A DNA stretch of 64,000 nucleotides, taken from NCBI GenBank assembly GCA_051313645.2, contig JBNRSN020000029.1:44578001-44642000 (forward strand), written 5' to 3'. The stretch comes from Centroscyllium fabricii. Its lineage: Eukaryota. Both the position numbers and the translations under genes were made by a program. Under the pieces are notes generated by a model. That model saw nothing but the letters and a program-made list of their open reading frames with translations, was not told the origin of the DNA and made no database searches. This document shows, one piece after another, positions 41,845-50,515 of this stretch (positions within the stretch are counted from its first letter, which is position 1; every line of letters begins with the position of its first letter).

Positions 41845-42256
41845 AGGAAAGACCTTAATTTCTATAGCGCCTTTCACAACCCCAGGACTTCCCAAAGCGC
41901 TTTACAGCCAATGAAGTACTTTTTTCAAAGTGTATTCACTGTTGTAATGAAGAAAGCGCTGCAGCCAATTTGTGCAGAGCAACCTCCCACAAACAGCAAT
42001 GTGGAAATGACCAGGTAATGTTTTTTAGTAATGTTGATTGAAGCATATATATTGGCCAGGACACAGAGGGTGATTCATATTCTCTTCTTTGAAATAACAC
42101 CTTAGCGAATTGGGATCTTTTACGTCCACCTGAGAGAGTAGATGCGGCCTAGGTTTAATGTCTCATCCAAAAGACGGCCCCTCCGGTAGTGCAGCGCTCC
42201 CTCAGTACTGCACTGGGAGTGTCAGCCTAGATTTTTGTGCTCAAATCTCTGGAGTG
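41845..42256 (-). mobile_element. Deu-domain SINE (SacSINE1/AmnSINE1-like) with an L2-type 3' tail
   Basis: Plus strand shows GTTTAATGTCTCATCCAAAAGACGGC...CAGTACTGCACTGGGAGTGTCAGCCTAGA, the reverse complement of the Deu core as I recall it, and the CTATAGCGCCTTTCAC...CCCAAAGCGCTTTACAGCCAATGAAGTAC tail. Confidence 0.7.
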
Positions 42257-42322
42257 GAGTGAGAAGTTGGAGTTTCCTTTCCAAGATCTCTTCAGTGTCT
42301 TGGCGCATCAAGGTGCGATGTG

Positions 42323-42752
42323 TAGAAACATAGAAACATAGAAAATAGGTGCAGGAGTAGACCATTCGAGCCCGCACCGCCATTTAATGCGTTCATGGCT
42401 GAACATGCTACCTCAGTACCCCATTCCTGCTTTCTCGCCATACCCCTTGATCCCCCTAGTTGTGAGTATTATATCTAACTCCCTTTTGAATATATTTAGC
42501 GAACTGGCCTCAACAACCTTCTGTGGCAGAGAATTCCACAGATTCACCACTCTCTGGGTGAAGAAGTTCCTCCTCATCTCAGTCTTAAATGGCCTCCCCT
42601 TTATCCTTTGACTGTGACCCCTGGTTCTAGTCTTCCCTAACATTGGAAACATTCTGCCTGCATCTAACTTGTCTAAATCAGTCAGGATTTTAAACGTCTC
42701 TATAAGATCCCCCCTCATTCTTCTGAACTCCAGAGGATACAAGTTCAGTAGA
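42323..42752 (-). mobile_element. CR1 LINE 3' end (5'-truncated)
   Basis: (CATAGAAA)n tail on the + strand. Minus-strand ORF ...RRMRGDLIETFKIL...TRGHS...FFTQRVVNLWNSLP, the CR1 ORF2 C-terminus. Confidence 0.92.
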
Positions 42753-43205
42753 TCGGAGTTAAGATTACTGGGATGCTAGTCACCACTGACTGCTGTCTCA
42801 TCTCGTCTGGTTGGTGATTAATCGAGCAGCATTGACAGAGGCCTGATGCAGCTCACCCAGTACTGGCTGAAGCTGTAAGATCCCTCGTCGCCCCGGCTAT
42901 GATCAGCCGACTCTCTACTAACCAGAGATCAAGCCTTCTTGCTCTGAATGGTTTCATTACCCCACTGGTTAGTGTGTTCACCCACCGACCCATCAATTTG
43001 GTTGTGTCCAACCTTACCTTCCAGCTGAACCTGCACCTTAACGGGTTAAAGTGAAACAGTTTGCGGTGAGCGCTGTCTCCTCTCCCTGGGCCCCCAGGCC
43101 TCTGAATGTCTTCCTGCCACCAGATGGCTGTTAATTCAATTATTCTGTGGTGGGCCCTATGATTGCTCTTTGTTTCTATTTGTGTCTGCATTGTGGGGAG
43201 AGAGA

Positions 43206-43660
43206 GCAGACTTGGCTGCCCAGAGAGGAAAGGCTGTGCTCTCACTGCAGTCAGGGAGTGGTGGAGACAGAGCTGCATTTCCTCACAACTTGTGAAAACT
43301 ATCAGAAACATAAGGGGGAATTTCTACCCAAAATTCGTAAAAACATGCCCTGAATTCAAAAATTTGAACGACTACCAAAAACTCCCATATCTATTGTGGG
43401 AACAGAGGGACTGTATAAAATTAGCGGCAAACTATGTCACAGCTTGCCATAAGCAGAGGGTCAACCAGTGACCACTGAAGCTAAGAAGAGTATATGAGAT
43501 TTTTGTGTGGGTATATATGTATACGTTTGCATATTTATCCATTCGCTGTATATCTAGTTCTGTGTTTGTATGTTCAATTGTATATGTCCTTTTTCTGTGC
43601 TTTGGCAACATAAGATGTATCTTGTTATGCCAATAATGCAAATTGAATTCAATTGAATTG
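43206..43660 (+). mobile_element. 3' fragment of a CCHC-bearing non-LTR retrotransposon (RTEX-like)
   Basis: QTWLPREERLCSHCSQGVVETELHFLTTC zinc knuckle. 3' end GCCAATAATGC-(AATTG)n-like, followed directly by (GA)n. Clade assignment is from memory. Confidence 0.6.
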
Positions 43661-44050
43661 AGAGAGAGAGAGAATAAAAACAGAAAGGGGAGATTGAGCT
43701 CTGAAAGGGTGGGAGGGAAAGGGAAAGTGCACAAAAGACAGACAAAGAATGGCAGAGGGAGTGAGTACAGAAAAGGAGAAGAGGGGGCAGACCCCATAAA
43801 AGGGAAATAAAACGGAAGTGGAGAAAGCACAGAAAATGGAGAAAGAGGAGAACGGGGGAAACGTATGGAAAAGGGAGAGGGAGAGTACAAAATTAGAGCG
43901 CGAATGAGAGAGTGAGAGAACAGGCAGGGGAGAGAGCGCGTGGAATGAAAAAGAAAAAATAGTTGTGTTGTGAAAAGGGGAGAGAGAAAGAGAAAAAGAG
44001 AACACAAAGTGGAGAGCGAGATCAAGGAAAGAGAGAGAAATGATTGAGAC
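43660..44050. repeat. Purine-rich (GA) low-complexity tract
   Basis: A/G-dominated, with degenerate GA repeats. Confidence 0.8.
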
Positions 44051-44252
44051 AGGGCCGACTGAACTGATGAGGCTCAGGTAAATAGACGAGCAGGGGCTGA
44101 GGTGCCCAGATATACTCGCAATTCCTTCAACGGTGAGCGTCTCCTTGTCCCGTACCAGTCAGTGTATCTGTTTAAACACAGCGACAGCATTCACCCCAAG
44201 TTTGAAACCATCCGCACAGAGCAATGTCAGGACAGAGACCAATCCGACTCAC

Positions 44253-44390
44253 AAATCACAGAATCACAGAATGATACAGTACAGGAACACACCATTCGGC
44301 CCATCGCGCCTTTGAAAGAGCTCTCCTGTTGGTCCCACTGTCCCTCTCTTTCCCCTATAGCTCTGCAAATGTTGTCCTTTCCATGTATAT
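44253..44390 (-). mobile_element. Short CR1-type 3' tail fragment
   Basis: (AATCACAG)2 tail followed by CCATTCGGCCCATCG on the + strand. Confidence 0.55.
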
Positions 44391-44567
44391 ATCCAGTTGT
44401 GGCGGAAACCACATCGGGACAGTAACACAATTCACTATGCACAGCCAATGTTGTTATCGCGCCACGTTATGTACACAACTTGGTTGGGTTATTGGGGCAG
44501 GGTCCCTTTAAGAGTCATCATTGGGTGATGACATCATCAGCCCTACGAGGAGGCCCAGTCCCTCAGT

Positions 44568-44680
44568 CCATCTCCATCTCTCTCTATCTCCATCTCTCTC
44601 TATCTCCATCTCTCGCCATCTCCATCTCTCGCCATCTCCATCTCTCACTCTCTCCATCTCTCTCTATCTCCATCCCCCTC
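44568..44680. repeat. Short copy of the 16-bp pyrimidine-rich minisatellite (TCTCCATCTCTCTCTA / TCTCCATCTCTCGCCA)
   Basis: Same unit type as 55078-56415 and followed by the same unique sequence. Confidence 0.85.
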
Positions 44681-46156
44681 TAGCTCCAGCCCCAGCTCTA
44701 TGTGTCCGGGACAGATCCCACCACCCCGGGCACACTGACCCATTGCTTCCTGAGCAGGGCCCAGGGGTGCTCCTGTCTCAGGAACCATTTCACCGCTTTC
44801 AATAAGCGGCCTCATCGCGAACAGATGTTAAAACCCAACAGACGATTTTTTAATTTCAATAGTTTATTTTAAGATCTCAGGCTCCCATTTTGGTTATTGG
44901 GAGAGACCAAAAAGACAGAAGCGATGCTGAGGGCGGGGATTACATTGGACAGATGTGGCCTTTCATCAGGGTTCATGTCCTTCAGACTTGGGTTTTGCAA
45001 ACAGACTTTCTTTTCAAAAAAGTTTCAAATTCTATCTATATGAAAATAATTGCCCCTTTAGCCAGGACCAAAATTTGCTATTTTTATATTATTTTCATAC
45101 ATCAAATCTCAATTCTGTACATTGTGCCTCAATTAACATCACTAAAAACAGTTCAGTCATTTATCTCATTGCTAATCCTGGAATCTTGCTGTGAAAGACT
45201 TTGTGCCGTCCTGAGGTTGTGAAAGGTGTAAATCCGAGTTGTGTCTTTACACGTTTATCCACATCCAGTCATTATTTCTATCCTCCTCACTTTGCCCGCT
45301 GTTTGTGTCTCAATGTTCCTTTGGCAGTGACGGGACTCAATCTGAATTCAATCCACTCGGGTTCAATTTGCTCAGCACACTCGGCATTAATTAAGAGTTA
45401 ATTTGTTCTTTCTGTATTTGAAGTCCACTTATAGACAGGGACAAGTAACCGCTATGGTCGGCAGCTCAGAGTAATAACTGACACTTGGTGTGGTTAATGA
45501 GCGGTGAGTTGCCCAAACTGGAACAACTGATGGTCGGGACTAAGAGCCCGAAAACCCCACTTCACAGAACAGGCCGGGCAAATCACAGTGTACGGCCAGT
45601 GGAGAAAAGACAAAAGGGGTCACAAGGGCAGCTGACATCCGCAGTGTGCAGCACACAGGGCAGGAATTAGAAGCGGTGCTATTCCAAGAGGCGCTATCGC
45701 CACACTTACACTGGGATCGAGCCCACTGGAGTTTCATTTGCAATTCTGAAGAAGGGTTTTACTGAAAAATTAACCGGGGGAAGAATTTTCCTGGCGCGGG
45801 TGGGGGGGGGGGGGGGGGGGGGGTGGTATTCCCGATCTACTGCCGTAACTTCGGTACAAGTTGGTCAGGAACCCTGGAGAAACAGCACAAAGATTTGCTT
45901 ACGCCATTTCCCTGGGGTTTCAGCCGGAATTATGGGCGTACTTCGGGAGAATTCCAGTCAGCTGTCCTTTTCTTTTACAGAATCGGACTGGCCTGCTGGT
46001 TATTCCCAGCAGTTTCTGTTCATATTCCAGGATCTGAAATGAAGGATGAGAATGGATAATACGGAATGGGGGACAAAATACAGCAGATGCCACAGGCTGG
46101 TCATCTGTATAAATTCTCAGTAAAAAGAGGCCCAGCAATGTTTGAGTTTGATGGAA

Positions 46157-46260
46157 AAAAGAAAGAATTGCATTTCTATAGCGCATTTCACGCTTTCCAG
46201 CCGATGAAGTATTTTGAGGTCTAGTCACTGTTGTACTGTAGGTCCCCGCCACAAACTCTA
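46157..46260 (-). mobile_element. SINE 3'-tail fragment (same family as 41845-42256)
   Basis: AAAGAAAGAATTGCATTTCTATAGCGCATTTCAC...GATGAAGTATTTTGAGGTCTAGTCACTGTTGTA matches the tail at ~41850-41950. Confidence 0.6.
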
Positions 46261-46559
46261 TTCCATAGACAGCGATTCCATCCCTCTCCCTGGCAACTGT
46301 CTCAGGTGGAACCAGACTGTATGCAGCCTTGGTGTTATATTTAACTGGGAATGAGCTGCCAAACACATGTCCGTGCCTTCACTAAGACCACCTATTTTCA
46401 TCTCTGGAACCTCTGTCCCTGAGGGGGGGAGTTAGAGGTGGGGCAGTTCCTGCAGCCAGGTATGTACAGGTATATACAGATATATATACAGCAATGCAGT
46501 AAGGTCGTTACTGGTACAGAAATTATATACAAGTGGTAAATACAGGGCTACCACAATTG

Positions 46560-47073
46560 GCAACCGGGTAAACAATGCCTCCACACTGAAATTCTCATTC
46601 TTGTTTTCAAATCTATCCATGGCCTCGCCCCTCCCGGTCTCTGTAATCTCCTCCACCCCACAATCCCCCATCCAGATATCTGCGCTCCTCTAATCCTGGT
46701 CTCTTGAGGATCCCTGATTTTAATCGTTTAACCTTTGGTGGCCGGGCATTCAGCTGCCAAGGCCCCAAGCTCTGGAATTCCCTCTCTCAACCTGTCCACC
46801 TCCCTTTCCTTCTTTAAGACCCTCCTTAAACCCCACCTCTCTGACCAGGCTTTTGGCCATCTGCCCTAATAGTTCCTTAAGTGGCTCGGTGTCAAATTCT
46901 GTTTTAAACACTGTGAAGCCACTTTGACGTTTACAACAAGCAGATTAGATTCAAAGGGAAACAGTAATCATTTTTTAAATCAATTTGTTGGCAGTAATCA
47001 GCTTTTTTTCGAAGCAACAAGTACAGTATAATTACTACATTAAAGGCGTTATATAAACAAGTTGCTGTTGTTG
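46560..47073 (+). mobile_element. L2-type LINE 3' end
   Basis: Degenerate KILILVFKSIHGLAP...GGRAFSCQGPKLWNSL...FKTLLKPHL. Tail GTGAAGC...TACATTAAAGGCGTTATATAAA...GTTGTTG, interrupted by a ~97-bp insert. Confidence 0.75.
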
Positions 47074-47080
47074 AAACATT

Positions 47081-47916
47081 GGGCCAGAATTTCGGGTTTG
47101 CCGGTTGGAGGGCAACTAGAACCATGCGGAGCACTTAAGAAGCCCACCAACATCAGACTTTTTTTATGCTCTGAATTTCCGATTGGCTCCGCCCCCTTCA
47201 TTCGCAACGTAGCAGTCCAGCCACGCTAGGTGCGCAGTGTATGCCCCGCCCACAGATCCCAAATTTAAATTAAAAACGCCCCCAGATCCCTAATTTAAAT
47301 TTAAAAATGCGCACAGATCCTGAGTCGGACCTTTGTGAGAGCAGGGAAGTGCGGAGCTGCACTCACAGACTCGGTGGGGTGCAGCGCGGGCACAGCAGCT
47401 TCTCAGAGGAAGAAACGTTAGGTAAGTCTGCCATTTTTTCTCTTAGATTTTTTATTACAGCTAGATAGTTAAAAATTTCAGAAATTTAACTTTAAAAATT
47501 AGCGATTTGAAACAGGTAAATTAACTTAAAATCGGATTTGTAATTTTTTAAAAAAAACTTTAACTTAAAAATTTAACGCTACCGATCTGGCCACATTACT
47601 CCCCAAAACTGTTGAAACCTAAAATTAAAGGTAAAAAAGTAACTTACCTTGTTTAAGAACCTTTCTCTCTACCTCACCCACGAGTTACTCCAGCTTTTTT
47701 CATGTGCATCTGAGGGCTCCGTTGCCCACAGAATCACAGAAAAAAAAGCACCCTTTTGGAGCCCAATTTCTGGGTGCAACTCACTCGTGCGTTTGATGTT
47801 GAGGGCCCTTCTCCCTCAGCATCGGAAATCTCGGATCCGTGGGCATCTCGGATCCGTGGGCATTTTTCATGGGCATCTCCGTGGGCATCTGCTTTAGGCA
47901 TCCGAATTTCTGGCCC
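47081..47916. mobile_element. Non-autonomous TIR element (MITE, PIF/Harbinger-like)
   Basis: Terminal inverted repeats GGGCCAGAATTTCGG ... CCGAATTTCTGGCCC. Internal inverted AGGTAAGT/ACTTACCT motifs and short tandem repeats. No clean TSD. Confidence 0.6.
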
Positions 47917-48029
47917 TAATGTAAAGAAATTATTGACGGTCCAGCAGGACCTCCGATTGATTGAATTGTCCAACCGTTGCCCACCCCTGGACACCGCGAT
48001 CTGCGGGTGTAGGTGGGGTTCTCCCGCTG

Positions 48030-48193
48030 TCATTTGGCTCTGTATCTCCGCCTCACACACAAGTACAGGCAGGCCCCGAGCACAGTGACAGCGCCAAAGA
48101 TGCCCACACGGAACAGGAGAGCGGCTGGGTGGTCGGGGAGTTGTCTGGTGGTCTCCGCTTGCTCTGTGCAGCTCGGGGTAGGATTCTCAGTGT
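48030..48193 (-). CDS. Exon 3: stalk, transmembrane helix and short cytoplasmic tail
   Basis: Acceptor TTCTTGTTGCAG. Translates to DTENPTPSCTEQAETTRQLPDHPAALLFRVGIFGAVTVLGACLYLCVRRRYRAK*. Confidence 0.85.
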
Positions 48194-49976
48194 CTGCAAC
48201 AAGAATCTGATCATTTAAACAACCCCATTGGATTCAAAAGGAGACTGTTAATAATTCTTTATCAATTTGCTGGCAATATTCAGCTTGTTTTGAAGCGACA
48301 AGCACAGTAACAGTTAAATAATGTTTATCTATTAGCAAAGGGCACTGTGGGTTCAATGGGTTAAATAATCAGCCTGTGAATTCCTACCTGTCCCGGGATA
48401 GACTGTTAACGTCACATTGCCTTTTTTACTGGTTGTGTCCCCAGCTCTGTAAACAGATATCTCATACACGCCGCTGTCACTGGGCTGCAGATCCCACAGT
48501 AACAAGGATCCATTCTCCGGGTCGATGTGGACTCTCCTCCTGTGGGAAGAAGCGACCTGCTGGTGATCTGAACAGTTATAACCGGGTCTGTCAGGGTCTG
48601 AAGAGCAGTTTAATCGGGTCAGTCTCACGAATGGAGCGTCTCTGGGGAATAAAACCCAATTTATGCTTAAAGTGGAGAAGGGAGTTGGTGTGGAGTAGGA
48701 GACCGGGAGAAGGACAGACTGGTTCACCGTCCCATTCACTTCTCTCTGATGGACAGTCACAGTAACATTGCTTCCAGCGGCTGCAACAAAATAAAAACAA
48801 TAAATCAGCTTCAGAAAGGACAAAAAAAGCTTAGATTTCCTTAGAAAGGGTTTTACCCAGGAGTCTGGTTATAAAGCAGCCCAGAGTTTGAAATCACAAA
48901 ATACCTGCAGCATCAACAAAGAATAAATTTGATAGAATGAACATAACGACCAGTCAGAGAGCATACATTATATAATCAGAGATACACACAGAACAGGGGC
49001 ACTGTGCCTGTGCCGGCTCTTTGAATGATCAATCCAACCAGTCCCCCCCGCCCACCCCCCCCACCCTTCCCAATAATCCTGCAAATATTTTCCTTTCCAA
49101 ATATTTATCCAATTCCCATTTGAAGCTTACTGTTGAAACTACTTCAACCGCCCTTTCAGACGATGTGTTCCAGACCATAATAACAGTATTGAGACGTCAA
49201 GAATGAAATAGTCACCAATAAATCCCAAAAAAAATTCAGGAGGAAACGTTTTCCCCAGAGAGTGGTGAGAATGTGGAACTCACTACCACACGGAGTAGTT
49301 GAGGCGAAGAGTACAGATACATTTAAAGGGGAAACTAGATAAGTACACGAGGGAGAATGGAATAGAAGGATGTGTTGTCAGGGTGAGGAGAGGATTGTGG
49401 GGAGGCTCGGGAGGATCATAAAACCCCGGCTTAGACCGGTTTGACCAAATGGCCTATTCTGTGATGTAAATTCAATGTAATTCTAGGTTATAATCATTAA
49501 ATAAAGACTCGGTAGAATTAATTGATCGAATCTGCCAACTTTACCCATTTTATAAAACATACATATGAAAATATCTGACACATTAATAAATAAATAATAA
49601 TTAAAGACTTGCGGGAGATCAATGGCTTGATTGTTAAGTCCCAGCTACCGTCAGAGGTTCAGGTAACTCACAGTGTGGGACAGTAACTGGAGGGCAGATG
49701 GTGAGCGGGAATCTACCTGTCCACAGGAGCCCGACTGAATGAGACTGAAGATCTCGGGGAATGAGCTGAACTTCATTCACTTTAGGTCAGTGAGCGATTG
49801 AACCCCAGCCCCGATTAAAGACAGTCAGCAGAAGTCACACAGGGTCAGGGGGCACTCAGGAATAAAATTACATTTATACCGGGAGTGAAAGAAAAATACT
49901 TACCACAGAGGGAAATAAAATAACTGATGAGAGTGAAAATGTTGGCGAATTTAAAGAGATTTCTTTCTCTGCACAT
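48030..49976 (-). CDS. 3-exon gene for a 209-aa single V-set Ig-domain type I membrane protein (HEPACAM/VSTM5/CD2-CEACAM-like V domain) with a transmembrane Arg
   Basis: Exons 49976-49904, 48780-48388 and 48193-48030. All introns are GT-AG and phase 1. The joined 630 nt are open to a TGA. Architecture: signal peptide, IgV, stalk, TM, 7-aa basic tail. Confidence 0.88.
48388..48780 (-). CDS. Exon 2: Ig V-set domain lacking the canonical B-F disulfide
   Basis: 393 nt, phase 1-1, acceptor TTTTGTTGCAG and donor GTAGGA. Motifs SVLLPVSY, INW, ENGSLLLWDLQPSDSGVYEI and VTLTV. Seven N-X-S/T sequons. Confidence 0.92.
48980..49486. mobile_element. Two old CR1 3'-end fragments in opposite orientations (intron 1)
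   Basis: ~48980-49185 is a minus-strand CR1 tail. ~49205-49486 is a plus-strand FPQRVVRMWNSLP-like segment ending AATGGCCTATTCTGTGATGTAAATTC. Confidence 0.65.
49904..49976 (-). CDS. Exon 1: signal peptide MCRERNLFKFANIFTLISYFISLC
   Basis: ATG at 49976, hydrophobic core, and a perfect G|GTAAGT phase-1 donor matching the phase of exon 2. Confidence 0.82.
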
Positions 49977-50515
49977 AGTGAGCTCCGGGTCACCCCGATA
50001 TCACAGTAACGGGACACCGAGCAGGACTGAATGAAATGGAGGAAGAATTTCTCATGTGAGGCAGGGTTTGGGTTTACAACGGAAGTGACCGGAACAAAGA
50101 GGTGAAATTATTTCAAAATCAATTCGAAATAACAAAATATCAGCTCATTAAAATAGAAATGTAAAAATCTCACATTTAAAATAATGAATTAAGCCTTTAG
50201 TTAGTTTCTTCAAAAATAGCTCGAGTGGGTGTGTTTGTGTGGTAACCGTATTGTATAGCTTCCCACTGTAATATTGTCACACTATTTTACAACACTGCCG
50301 TGGAGCCAGGTCAGCCACACCTCTAACTCCTCCCCCAGGTGAGGCCCTTTATAGGTGAGGACTGACCAGGCTCCCTCATTCTGTTCTGGATGTTCGTTCG
50401 GAGTGCAGCTCCAAAGTTAGTTAATAAAAGCCTGTAGTTTAAGGTCACTACTCGTCGAGGTCTTTTAGTAAGGGAATTGACGATACGTCAATTTTATTAA
50501 GTAAGAAAATTTGAA

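Noticed and set aside
43432-44025. Hydrophobic Phe/Leu/Ser-rich minus-strand ORFs
   Set aside because: Translation of the GA-rich low-complexity tract.
45776-45960. Possible small MITE containing a G22 run (45802-45823)
   Set aside because: Terminal inverted similarity is weak, there is no TSD, and homopolymer length is unreliable.
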